From: an uncultured Actinomycetota bacterium
Lineage (GTDB): Bacteria > Actinomycetota > Actinomycetes > JAHEKZ01
Assembly: GCA_963743915.1 (NCBI GenBank)
Contig: CAVURN010000003.1
Span: 96,001 to 160,000, forward strand
Length of the DNA: 64,000 bases
Direction: 5' to 3'
The notes under the pieces were generated by a model that was not told where the DNA came from, made no database searches, and saw only the letters and a program-made list of their open reading frames with translations. Each line of letters starts with the position of its first letter. The first letter of the stretch is position 1. Positions 1 through 9,386 of this stretch are shown piece by piece. A program made the translations under genes and the position numbers.

Positions 1-1737
1 TCACGCCTCGGGGCGACGCTGCTGCTCGGGCTGCCGCTGCTGCTGCTGCTGTTCCCCGACGGCACGCTGCCGCACCACCGCGGGTGGCGCGTCGCGTCCG
101 TGGTGAGCCTGTGCCTCACGGCGGTGCTGCCGGTCGTGCTGCTGGTGGCGCCGTCCGAGGCGCTCATCGAGTTCGCCGGAGTCACCCCGCCACCGGAGGT
201 CATGGCACTCAACCTCGACCCGATGTCGATCACCCTGACCTACGACATCTGGGCGACGCTGTTGCGCATCGGGTACGCGTCAGCGGCGGCAAGTCTGCTC
301 GTGCCGTTCGGCGTCGTCGTGCACCGGTATCGCGCATCCACCGGAGACCGACGCCTGCAGATGCGCTGGCTGGTCTGGGCAGCGCTCGTCGACCTCTTCG
401 CGGTGGTGCTGCCCTTGACCTTCCCCGACCCGTTCGCCGGGCTGTCGCTGTCCATCGCGGTCGCGGTGACCGCGGCGGCGATCGTCGTCGCGGTGACGCG
501 CTACCGGCTCTACGACATCGACCGCCTGCTGTCGGCCACGGTCGTGTACGGGCTGCTCGCCGTCTCGGTGGTCGTCGTCGACCTCGCCGTGTTCGCCATG
601 GCCGGCTCGCTCATCGGGGAGCGGGACGCCGCTCTGGTGGCGATCGCCGTCGTCGCCGTGGTCTACACGCCCCTGCGGGCCCGACTGTGGTCCGTGGTCC
701 GACGGGCGGTGCGCGGCTCGCGCGAGGACCCGTACGCAGCCGTGTCGACACTGGCCCACCGGCTCGAGCAGGCCACCGACCAGCGCGGGCAGCTCGCCGC
801 CACGGCCACGGCGCTGGCGGAGGCCTTCCGGCTGCCCTATGTGCGGATCGAGCTGCTCGGCGCGTCCGGTGACACCGTCGAGGTGTCGCACGGGACGCCG
901 AGCGGCGTCGAGGTGGTGCTGCCGGTGACTTACCAGGGCGAACCGGCAGGACGCCTCGTGCTCTGCTCGGCCGGCGAGGCCTCCCTCTCGGACCGCGACC
1001 AGCAGCTGCTCGGTGACCTGGTGCGGCAGGCCGTGGTGGCTGCTCGCGCCAGCGAGCTGAATGCCGCACTGCAGCGGCACCGGGAACAGCTGGTGCTCGC
1101 GCGCGAGGAGGAGCGCCGACGCATTCGACGCGACCTGCACGACAGCCTGGGTCCCACCCTCGGGGCGGTGACGCTGCGGATCGAGACGGCGCGCAATCTC
1201 GCGGTGTCCGACCCCGTACGGGCGGATGTGGTGCTGCGCGAGACAACCGACCAGGTGCGGGACGTGCTCGCCGAGGTGCGCCGGCTCGCCCACGGCTTGC
1301 GTCCGCCGGTGCTCGACGAGCTCGGGCTGGTGCGCGCTCTGGAGCAGCAGGCTGAGGCGCTCGACAGTGACGCACTGCGGGTCCGGGTGCACGCCGAAGG
1401 AGTGGCGGAGCTGCCGGCTGCCGTCGAGGTGGCGGCGTACCGGATCGCGTCAGAGGCGCTCACCAACGTGCAGCGTCACGCACGCGCGTCACGGTGCCAG
1501 GTGCTGCTGGCGGTGGAGAAGGGTGCAGACAAGCACGCCGCCCAGCTGGTGGTCACGGTGACCGACGACGGCGTGGGCATCGACCCGGCCGGGGCATCCG
1601 GTGTCGGGATGCTCTCGATCCGCGAACGGGCCACCGAGCTCGGCGGGGAGGCGACTGCGATCGCCGCGGAGGAGGGTGGCACGGTGGTCACTGCCCGGTT
1701 GCCGTTCACTCCGCTCGAGGTGCCCACCGATGTCTGA
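1..1737 (+). CDS. Membrane sensor histidine kinase, NarX/HisKA_3 type (5' truncated by window edge)
   Basis: TM helices, then EERRRIRRDLHDSLG H-box, EALTNVQRHA N-box, DDGVG and GVGMLSIRERA. Frame is open from base 1. Confidence 0.93.
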   Translation, partial: SRLGATLLLGLPLLLLLFPDGTLPHHRGWRVASVVSLCLTAVLPVVLLVAPSEALIEFAGVTPPPEVMALNLDPMSITLTYDIWATLLRIGYASAAASLLVPFGVVVHRYRASTGDRRLQMRWLVWAALVDLFAVVLPLTFPDPFAGLSLSIAVAVTAAAIVVAVTRYRLYDIDRLLSATVVYGLLAVSVVVVDLAVFAMAGSLIGERDAALVAIAVVAVVYTPLRARLWSVVRRAVRGSREDPYAAVSTLAHRLEQATDQRGQLAATATALAEAFRLPYVRIELLGASGDTVEVSHGTPSGVEVVLPVTYQGEPAGRLVLCSAGEASLSDRDQQLLGDLVRQAVVAARASELNAALQRHREQLVLAREEERRRIRRDLHDSLGPTLGAVTLRIETARNLAVSDPVRADVVLRETTDQVRDVLAEVRRLAHGLRPPVLDELGLVRALEQQAEALDSDALRVRVHAEGVAELPAAVEVAAYRIASEALTNVQRHARASRCQVLLAVEKGADKHAAQLVVTVTDDGVGIDPAGASGVGMLSIRERATELGGEATAIAAEEGGTVVTARLPFTPLEVPTDV

Positions 1738-2383
1738 CGAGCCGATCCGCGTCCTGCTCGCCGACGACCACCCCGTCTACCGGGACGGTCTGGCGGCGCT
1801 GCTCTCGTCCGTGGACGGCATCGACGTGGTGGGCACCGCCGGCACGGGACGCGAGGCGGTGGCGCAGGCGTCCGAGCTGCAGCCGGACGTCGTGGTGATG
1901 GACGTGCAGATGCCCGAGCTCGACGGCGTCGAGGCGACGCGGCAGGTGACCACGGAGAACCCGCACATCGGGGTCGTCATGGTGACGATGGCCGAGGACG
2001 ACGCAACCGTCTTCGCAGCCATGCGGGCGGGCGCTCGGGGGTACCTGCTCAAGGGCGCGAGCCAGGTGGAGATCGTCCGCGCCATCAGGGCGGTGGCGGG
2101 CGGTGAGGCGATCTTCGGACCCGCCCTGGCGTCCCGGATCGCCGACTTCTTCTCCGGCGGCGGGGAAGTCAAGACGGACGCCTTCCCGCAGCTCACGGCG
2201 CGGGAGCGGGAGATCCTCGACCTCGTGGCCGCGGGCCGGTCGAACCAGCAGATCGCGCAGACCCTCTTCCTGTCGCCGAAGACGGTGCGCAACAACGTGT
2301 CGAACGTCTTCGCCAAGCTGCACGTGGCCGACCGAGCGGAGGCGATCATCCGGGCCCGGGACGCCGGGCTCGGCGCCGGCTGA
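1730..2383 (+). CDS. NarL/LuxR-family response regulator
   Basis: IRVLLADDHP, DVVVMDVQMP, GYLLK, LTAREREIL...LFLSPKTVRNNVS. ATG overlaps the kinase 3' end. Confidence 0.96.
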   Translation: MSDEPIRVLLADDHPVYRDGLAALLSSVDGIDVVGTAGTGREAVAQASELQPDVVVMDVQMPELDGVEATRQVTTENPHIGVVMVTMAEDDATVFAAMRAGARGYLLKGASQVEIVRAIRAVAGGEAIFGPALASRIADFFSGGGEVKTDAFPQLTAREREILDLVAAGRSNQQIAQTLFLSPKTVRNNVSNVFAKLHVADRAEAIIRARDAGLGAG

Positions 2384-2396
2384 CCGCACGTCCCCC

Positions 2397-2456
2397 TCCG
2401 ACGCCAGGGCGCCACAGTCGCGCCGCAGGACGGGGAATCATGGCGCCCCGCCGTAG
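2397..2456 (+). repeat. 60-bp REP-like intergenic element, copy 1
   Basis: 53/60 identical by manual alignment to the reverse complement of 55255-55314. Imperfect inverted arms. Confidence 0.8.
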
Positions 2457-2463
2457 AAAGCGG

Positions 2464-3728
2464 TCAGGTGGCACGGCGCAGGATGCGCGCGATCTCGTCG
2501 AAGCCCTTCTCCTCGGCGTGCTGCAGCGCGGTGACCCCGTCGCCGTCGGCGATCGCCGGGTCGGCGCCGGCGTCCAGCAGGATGCGCACGATCTGCTGGT
2601 AGGGCTTCGATCCGTCGCCGAGGATGACCGCCTCGAGCAGGGCGGTCCAGCCGAGGTCGTTGACGTGGTTGACGTCGATGTCGGTCTCGACGACCCGTCG
2701 TACATAGTCCACGTGTCCACGCTCACTGGCCGGAATCACCGAGATGCCGCCGTAGCGGTTGCGGATGGTCATGTCGGGCCGCGAAGGAAGCAGGGTCTCG
2801 AGCATCCTGACGCTTCCCGTCACTCCCGTCACGAGCCAGGGGGTGTCGTGCTGGTCATCCAGGGCATCCGGGTCGGCGCCGAGGTCGACCAGCAGGCGAG
2901 CGACATCGACGTGGTCCTCGGTGACGGCCAGCAGCAGCGCCGTCCTACGGCGCGCATCTCGGGCCTCGATGTCTGCGCCCCCTCGTAGCGCGACGGCGAC
3001 CCCGTCAGCGTCACCCTCTGCTGCCGCCTGGAGGAGGGCCTTGTCGGCTTCCCGTGGGGCGATGCTCTCGGTCAAGGCTGCCTCCAAGGTTCTGGCGATC
3101 TCGCGGTGTCCGGCGGACACGGCGTGCTGCAGGGGCCGCACCCCGTCCCGCTGCGACGGGATCTGGAGGTCGGCGCCCGCCGCCACCAGCACCCGGACGG
3201 TGTCGACGTAGTCCCGCGAGCCGTCACCCAGGATGATCGCCTCGTGCAAGGCAACCCAGCCCAGGTTGTTGACGTGGTCGACGTCGATGGGAGTACGTAC
3301 CAACCGTCCGACGATGTCATGGTGGCCGCGCTCGGCGGCACGGATCAGTCCGGTGCCGTCATAGCTGTCGAGCGACGTGACGTCCGCGCCGTTGCTCAAG
3401 GTCAGGTCGAGGAGCCTCAGGTACCCCTCACTCGTCGCGATCAGGTAAGCGCTCTGCTCCGTCGAGTCCTTCGCGTTCACGTCGGCTCCCGCGACGATCA
3501 GCCGGCGGGCACGGGTCACGTCGTTGTCCCAGGCAGCGGCGATGAGACGGTCGTCGAGCTCGGCCTGTGCGAGGCCGGCGAGGGGCTTGGACGAGCTCGC
3601 CTGGGGGCGGGCCTGGTCGAGGTGGCCTCAGGGTCCGGAGCTGGATCAGACGCAGCTTCAGGCGTGGACGTGCAGGCTGCCAGCAGCAGGACGATGCCGG
3701 CCGCGACTCCCAGCACGCCACGCCCCAT
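2464..3728 (-). CDS. Ankyrin-repeat lipoprotein with two YahD-like modules (frameshift near 3600-3625)
   Basis: Lipobox LLLAAC in ORF 3516-3728. The block HVNxLGWxALxEAxILGDGS occurs twice in ORF 2464-3519. Confidence 0.85.
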
Positions 3729-3775
3729 CGACTCAGTCTCGCATCAGTCTCCGGGCTCGAGCTCGACTGGACGCC

Positions 3776-3811
3776 GAACGTGGGCCTCGCCAGGAGGCGA
3801 GACCCACGTTC
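3776..3811 (-). terminator. Hairpin terminator
   Basis: GAACGTGGGCCTCGCC-agga-GGCGAGACCCACGTTC, downstream of the 3856 stop. Confidence 0.65.
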
Positions 3812-3855
3812 AGGTCAGTCGACCGAAGCGGCCGGATGGTGTTCCGTGTGGTGGC

Positions 3856-4246
3856 TTAGTAGGGGCCGTAGTCCAGGCACATGTCTGGGGTGACGGTCTC
3901 ACCGGGACCCCACTGGCCGAACCAGTTCTTGCCGTCGTCGTTGAAGCCCGCGACCGGCGGGATCACGTCGCCGATCGGGACCGTTGCCCACCTGGTCGTG
4001 GTGGTCGTGGTCCGACGCCTCGTCGCCATTGATCGCGGCCACATCGACCGTGATGACGACGTACGGGTTGGACGCGGAGCCGGTCCGGTGGCAGATCGTC
4101 ACCTTGTGGCCGTCTTCGACGTAGTTGGTGCCGTCGAGATTGGTGCCGTCAAAGCTGTCGGGCTGGGTGGCCATGGCTGCGCCAGCCGCCATGACCGACG
4201 CGGCGAGCATGGTCGCTGCCGCGGCGGCGCCGAGAATCTTCCGCAT
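3856..4246 (-). CDS. Secreted protein with KVTICH motif (frameshift near 3980)
   Basis: Signal peptide MRKILGAAAA..., then KVTICHRTGSASNPY, DHDHHD; continues GDVIPP...MCLDYGPY in an adjacent frame. Confidence 0.7.
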
Positions 4247-4418
4247 GATGCCTCGTTTCTGTGAGTTCGATACGCCCCGAGCGCTGTTGTGCTCCGCCAC
4301 GGTAGGCAAGGAGCCTCACAGTCCGTGGACGGATCCCCACCCCTTCACCCGTTTGCCATACACCGGCGAGCACGGACAGTGACCGCGACAGTCCTCGGCC
4401 ATCGGATCGGGCAAGGGG

Positions 4419-5423
4419 TCAGCCGCGGACGAGGGGCCGGAAGGTCAGCACGACGTCGTTGTCGTACTCGGTGACGCTGAAGCGGCCCGCGTCGTCCAGA
4501 GCCAGCCCGCTCGGGAACTGCAGGCGGGTCGCGTCTCCCTGCAGGACGGCCAGCGGACGCCGGTTGCCGTCGACGCGCGGCTGGTACACCGTCACCGTCC
4601 GGTTCCGATTGACGACGTACAGGTGGCGGGCCTCGTCACGGTCGATGTCGATGGGGTGGTTGAGCCAGGTGCGCGACCCGCGCACGACGCGGATCGGACG
4701 TACGTCGCCGTCGGCCCGCCTACCGAACACAGTGATCGAGTCAGCGCCGTAGTTCGTGACGTAGTACCTGCCTCGGCGATCGACAACCACTCCCGATGGC
4801 GAGTCGAGTCGGGTGGACGGCCCCTTGATCTGGCGTATCGGCGCGACGTCACCTTGCGCCTGGACTCCGTACACCTGGATCGCTGGACGGTGGCCAAGAC
4901 GACGAGCCAGGTCAGTGACCACGATGCGTCCCTGTCGGGTGACCGAGATTCCCGATGGTCCGGTCAGACGTGTCGCATCACCGGCAATGGTGCGGACGGG
5001 TGCGACGTCACCGCCCGCACCCGGGGCGAAGACCAGGATCGCGTCGGGTTCCCCATTGCAGACGTAGAGGCGCCCCGCGCGATCGACAAAGAGGTCGTGA
5101 GGGTCACCGAGGCTGGTGGCCGGTCCGCCTATCGTGCGGAGGGGCGCCACATCACCCCGTGCGCCGGCTGGGTACACGGTGACGGTGTCGGTCGAGACGT
5201 TGGCCACATACAGGTTGCCGTCACCGTCATAGGCCAGACCCGCCGGTTCGCCCAACCCGGTGCTCGGACCCTCCAACGCCCTGGCCGGAGGCCGCTCCAC
5301 CGGCGCGGACAACGCAGCTGCCGGTGGCGCCGCGAGAGCCGCGAGCCCCACTGCCACCGCCCCCGCGAGACCAAGCCCTCTCCACGCCTTCACCGTACGT
5401 CTCCCTCGGCTCGGTTCCTCCAC
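4419..5423 (-). CDS. Secreted NHL-repeat beta-propeller protein
   Basis: Signal peptide; about six repeats of PxGxxxDxxGxLYVxN...GDVAPxRTIxGxxTxL. Confidence 0.85.
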   Translation of the reverse strand: MEEPSRGRRTVKAWRGLGLAGAVAVGLAALAAPPAAALSAPVERPPARALEGPSTGLGEPAGLAYDGDGNLYVANVSTDTVTVYPAGARGDVAPLRTIGGPATSLGDPHDLFVDRAGRLYVCNGEPDAILVFAPGAGGDVAPVRTIAGDATRLTGPSGISVTRQGRIVVTDLARRLGHRPAIQVYGVQAQGDVAPIRQIKGPSTRLDSPSGVVVDRRGRYYVTNYGADSITVFGRRADGDVRPIRVVRGSRTWLNHPIDIDRDEARHLYVVNRNRTVTVYQPRVDGNRRPLAVLQGDATRLQFPSGLALDDAGRFSVTEYDNDVVLTFRPLVRG

Positions 5424-5530
5424 GTCGACCGTACCCCGGCGGTTGGCGCGCGAAACCGGAGCAGATGCCCGACGAACGGTTCCGCCGTGGGCACCTGCTC
5501 CGGATTCAGTGGAGCGTCAGCGGGGAGCCC

Positions 5531-6007
5531 TCAGCAGGGCGCCACCTTCGGGTTGAAGTCGGCGTGCATCCCGTCGGAGTTGGGACGCCAGATCCAGGCG
5601 TGCAGCGCCCAGATGCCGAGCGTGTCGTTCCGGTGGAAGTGCTCGCCGAAGAGCTCCGGCGGCTCAGAGCCGGTCCAGGCCGTCTGCGGGACGACGTACT
5701 CCACCGCCACCAGCTGCATGCGGTCGCCCGTCGGCTCGTACACGAGCACCTCCGGATGCGTCGCCTCGATCGTTCCGTCGATCGACGCCAGGTCGGCGTA
5801 GTGCTGCCCCATGCCGCCCCCGGGCGAGTCGAAGCAGGGGAGGAACTTCTCGTAGCCGGCAGCCTCAGCCTTGGACACCTTGTGGAGGGAAGCCGTGGCT
5901 TGCCGGACGCCGGAGAACTGCGCCTCCGAACCGGACGCGGGAGAAGCGATCAGTGTGGTGGCCAGGGCCGCCGCCATCAGACCCGCGGCGACGCCCGCCC
6001 GCCTCAC
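5531..6007 (-). CDS. Secreted hypothetical protein (MGQHY/VEY/LHAW motifs)
   Basis: Signal peptide; GGMGQHY, PEVLVYEP, LVAVEY, LHAWIW. GTGA overlap with the DUF4242 gene. Confidence 0.8.
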   Translation of the reverse strand: MRRAGVAAGLMAAALATTLIASPASGSEAQFSGVRQATASLHKVSKAEAAGYEKFLPCFDSPGGGMGQHYADLASIDGTIEATHPEVLVYEPTGDRMQLVAVEYVVPQTAWTGSEPPELFGEHFHRNDTLGIWALHAWIWRPNSDGMHADFNPKVAPC

Positions 6008-6255
6008 GACCCCTCCTTGACCAGGAACACGTCCTGGGCCACCAGCCCGTGCGCCTCGCGGTGCACCGTGGACGCGGCTTCCGGCGAGGGCGCCTCGACC
6101 AGGCAGAACACCTTGCCCTCGGCCTCGGACACCCAGTAGCGCAGGTAGCGGACGTCGTGCTTGCTCTGCTCCTGCAGGTCGGCCATGTGGGCCTGGGCGA
6201 CGTCGTCGAGCGCGACCCCGCCGTCGATCGAGTGAACATCCATGAAGAGCGGCAT
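6004..6255 (-). CDS. DUF4242 / SCO4226-like nickel-binding protein
   Basis: MPLFMDVH...AHMADL...YLRYWV...VFCLVEAP...VHREAHGL. GGAGG RBS. Confidence 0.9.
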   Translation of the reverse strand: MPLFMDVHSIDGGVALDDVAQAHMADLQEQSKHDVRYLRYWVSEAEGKVFCLVEAPSPEAASTVHREAHGLVAQDVFLVKEGS

Positions 6256-6294
6256 GGCTTCCTCCGGTCTGATGCGATTGTGCGGACGTCCGGG

Positions 6295-6365
6295 ACGCTA
6301 CGGACGCCGAGCAACCGGAGGCAGGGGATCAGACCCCCATGTTGGGGCGCGGGCTCCCTATGTTG
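6295..6365 (-). promoter_or_regulatory. Promoter of the DUF4242 operon with a direct-repeat regulator site
   Basis: Minus strand CAACATAGGGAG (6365-6354) and CAACATGGGGGT (6344-6333), period 21 bp. -10 TAGCGT at 6300-6295. Confidence 0.5.
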
Positions 6366-6741
6366 AGCCGGCGTCAGGTGAGGCGCGTGCGGCCCGACGC
6401 GGCTTCGCCGCCTTGGGCGGCTTCGGTGGCTCCGCCAGCGCGAACGCGACCGCCTCCTCGACCCAGGCCGACAGCGGGTCGTCGTCGAGCCCGTCGCCGG
6501 GTACGATCACCAGGCCGCGCATCGGGCGTCCGGTGAAGTCCATCTCCCGCACGCCGCGGGCGAGCGCAGCGTCGTGGCGTTCCTTGCCGACACGCACCAT
6601 CAGGTCGTCGCCGATGATGCCGCACGCCATGTGGGTGTTCACCATGAACGCCAGTCCGCCGAACATCTTGCGCTCGTCGAAGTCCGCGCGCGGTTCGAGC
6701 TCCGCACGTACCCGCTCGGCGAGGGCCTCGTCGTACGCCAC
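6358..6741 (-). CDS. TfoX/Sxy N-terminal domain protein
   Basis: MAYDEALAERVR...ERKMFGGLAFMVN...LMVRVG...MDFTGRPMRG. Confidence 0.9.
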   Translation of the reverse strand: MAYDEALAERVRAELEPRADFDERKMFGGLAFMVNTHMACGIIGDDLMVRVGKERHDAALARGVREMDFTGRPMRGLVIVPGDGLDDDPLSAWVEEAVAFALAEPPKPPKAAKPRRAARASPDAGST

Positions 6742-6755
6742 GTCGACAGCGCTGC

Positions 6756-9338
6756 CTACGTCGCGGACGCCGCGAGCGCCCTCTCGGCCGCCTCACCCCG
6801 GGTGGCCACGCCGAGCTTGCCCAGGATGGAGGACACATGGTGGTCCACGGTCTTGGCCGAGATCACCAGTCGGTCCGCGATCTGGGCGTTGGACGCGCCG
6901 TCGCAGACGAGGGTCAGCACCTCACGTTCGCGGGAGGTCAGCCCCAGCGGGTCGTCCCGGGTGGACGCGCGTGAGCCACGCGGGATGGCAGCGACACCTT
7001 GCCGGCGCATCAGCTGACGTGCCCGCGCAGACACCGCGGTGGCGCCGAGGGCGTCCAGCCTGACGACTGCCTCGCGCATGGCCTCCGGCTCCCCGCTGTC
7101 CAGCAGCACCATGATTGCCATGTAGGGCAGGTTCAGGCCGTCGAGCTGCGCGGCGGCCATCCGATGCTCACCCGCGATCGCGAGGGAGTACGGAGCGGGT
7201 ACCTCCAGGTGTGCGGTGCTGACACCGAGCCGCGCAAGCCAGAGGGCCTCTTCACCGGCGAAGTCGGGGTCGATCCCCGCGCTCAACCCGGCGACCTCTT
7301 GCGCATACCTGAGCGCGGTGGCCTCGTCACCCTGCAACCAGGCCAGCTCGAGGGACCCGAGGAGCGAGTCCGTCAGCCAGTCGCTGGACTCCAGCGGACG
7401 CGCCAGAGTGAGGGATTCCGTGAGCATCTCGGCGCCCTCAGGATCGCCGCGCCGGGCCAGGACACGTCCGACACCCTGGAGGGGGTTCAGGCGGTTGACC
7501 GGCGACAGGTGCTCCCGTGCGCGGGTGACGATCTCGCGTCCCAGCAGCAGGGTCTCGTCCCAGCGCCCCTGCATCTCGAGCGCCCGGATGTGGCCACCCT
7601 TCAGGCAGGCCTCGTAGGTGGAGTAGTCGGTCAGCTCCCAGTAGGCGAGCCCCTCGGCGAACACGTCCTCGGCTTCGGCCCAGCGGTAGCGGCTGCACAG
7701 GAAGCTGTGCAGGTTGCTGAAGGCTCGCCCGACCTGCGACTCGTGCCCCCCCTCGACCGCCAGGTCGAGCGCCCGACGCAACATCTCCCCGGCCTCTCCG
7801 CCGAGGTACCAGTGGGCACACGCCTCGGTGTTGAGAGCCTCGGAGAGCAACTCGGTGTCACCGAACTGCTCCGCCAGGGCGACGGCCTGCTGCGCGAGGA
7901 CGTGGGCGTCCCGCGGCTGCTCGGACGTCAAGAAGCTCGCCTTGGCGTTGATCGCCCACCCTCGCTCGGGACACGGCGGCTCGTCCTCGAGCGCCGCAAG
8001 TGCCTCGTCGGTCAGACGCGTGTACGCCTCGCCGTCGCACAGCCGCCACCGGGCGTGGGCGAGCTTGCGAAGTGCCGTGCTCTCACGCCGAGGGTTCCCG
8101 ATCTTCCGCCAGCACTGCACTGCCCGTTCCCGCAGCTCCGCGGAGCGTTCCCACTGGTCCAGCAACCCGTATTCGTCCGCGATCCGGTCGCGCAGCGACG
8201 CCACCACAGTGGGTTCGGATTCGCCGGCCCAGCGCAGCGCCCGCTCGAACTGCACCGCCGACTCGCGATGTGCACCTAGGTGGGACGCCTGCTCGCCCGC
8301 GCGCGGCGCGTAGAACAGCACCGCAGCCGGGTCCTCAGCAAGTTCGGCGTGGTGGGCCAGCCGGGCATCGTCCACGTCGCCACGCTCTGCGAGCACGCCC
8401 AGCACCGCGCTGTTCATCGTCCTCACACGATGGGCCGGCACAGCCGACTCGATGGCCGCACGCGCCAGCTCGTGGCGGAAGCGCAGCGAGTCGCCGGAGG
8501 CGACCAGTGCACCCGAACCGACGCACTCGTCCAGCACGTCAGGTGTGACGGTGGTCAGCCGTTCCAGGTCGGAGACCGTCGCGGACGACCCCAGGACGGC
8601 AACCCAGTCGACGAGCTCGCGACCTTCAGGTGACAGCCGGCAGATGCGGGCCTGCACGGCGTCGTGAACGGAGGTCAACAGCTGGTCTCCGGCGGACGCC
8701 AGCGCCTCACGGACATAGAACGGGTTGCCCCCCGTGAGCTCGTACACGGGCCTGCCGTCCACACCCTGTGCCTGCGCCAGGATGGCGACCGCCTCCGGCG
8801 ACAGCGGCGGCAGCGAGAGCCGCCGCGCCCATCGGTGCGTGCCGACCTCGCCGAGCAACGTGCGCAGTGGGTGGTCGCGCACGAGCGCGTCGTCCCGGTA
8901 GGTGGTGAGGATCAGCAGGCGGCAGTCGCGCACCCGCCGGCTGAGGAACTGGATCAGATCAAGGCTGGCCTCGTCGGCCCAGTGCACGTCCTCGAAGACC
9001 AGCACGGTGAGCCCGTCGGACGCGGTGAGCTCGTCGCGCAGGAGCCGGAACACGGTGCCTCGGGGCGGCTCCTCCGATCGGCACAGCGCAGCCAGCTCGC
9101 CCCCGATCTGGTCCGCCACGTCCAGCAGCGGGGCGAGCGGCTGCGGCGTGAAGGAGCCGTCGCAGGCGCCCCACAGCCAACGGTCGTCGGGCCTGCGGTG
9201 CTGGAGCTCCTCGACGAGGGCGGTCTTGCCGACACCGGCCTCACCCGCGATCAGGACGACTCGGCTGTCTCCAGCCGCGGCGTCGCTGGCGTACTCGTCA
9301 AGCAGCGCGAGAAAGTTGTCCCGCTCCAGGAGCTTCAC
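6756..9338 (-). CDS. Large ATP-binding LuxR-family transcriptional regulator (AAA ATPase, TPR-like region, LuxR HTH)
   Basis: GEAGVGKT, EDVHWAD, TGGNPFYV, C-terminal LTSREREVL...ISAKTVDHHVS. Confidence 0.93.
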   Translation of the reverse strand: MKLLERDNFLALLDEYASDAAAGDSRVVLIAGEAGVGKTALVEELQHRRPDDRWLWGACDGSFTPQPLAPLLDVADQIGGELAALCRSEEPPRGTVFRLLRDELTASDGLTVLVFEDVHWADEASLDLIQFLSRRVRDCRLLILTTYRDDALVRDHPLRTLLGEVGTHRWARRLSLPPLSPEAVAILAQAQGVDGRPVYELTGGNPFYVREALASAGDQLLTSVHDAVQARICRLSPEGRELVDWVAVLGSSATVSDLERLTTVTPDVLDECVGSGALVASGDSLRFRHELARAAIESAVPAHRVRTMNSAVLGVLAERGDVDDARLAHHAELAEDPAAVLFYAPRAGEQASHLGAHRESAVQFERALRWAGESEPTVVASLRDRIADEYGLLDQWERSAELRERAVQCWRKIGNPRRESTALRKLAHARWRLCDGEAYTRLTDEALAALEDEPPCPERGWAINAKASFLTSEQPRDAHVLAQQAVALAEQFGDTELLSEALNTEACAHWYLGGEAGEMLRRALDLAVEGGHESQVGRAFSNLHSFLCSRYRWAEAEDVFAEGLAYWELTDYSTYEACLKGGHIRALEMQGRWDETLLLGREIVTRAREHLSPVNRLNPLQGVGRVLARRGDPEGAEMLTESLTLARPLESSDWLTDSLLGSLELAWLQGDEATALRYAQEVAGLSAGIDPDFAGEEALWLARLGVSTAHLEVPAPYSLAIAGEHRMAAAQLDGLNLPYMAIMVLLDSGEPEAMREAVVRLDALGATAVSARARQLMRRQGVAAIPRGSRASTRDDPLGLTSREREVLTLVCDGASNAQIADRLVISAKTVDHHVSSILGKLGVATRGEAAERALAASAT

Positions 9339-9386
9339 CTGTCGATGATGCTCCCGCTTCTCGCGGGCGTCCAGGGATTGGCCGAC

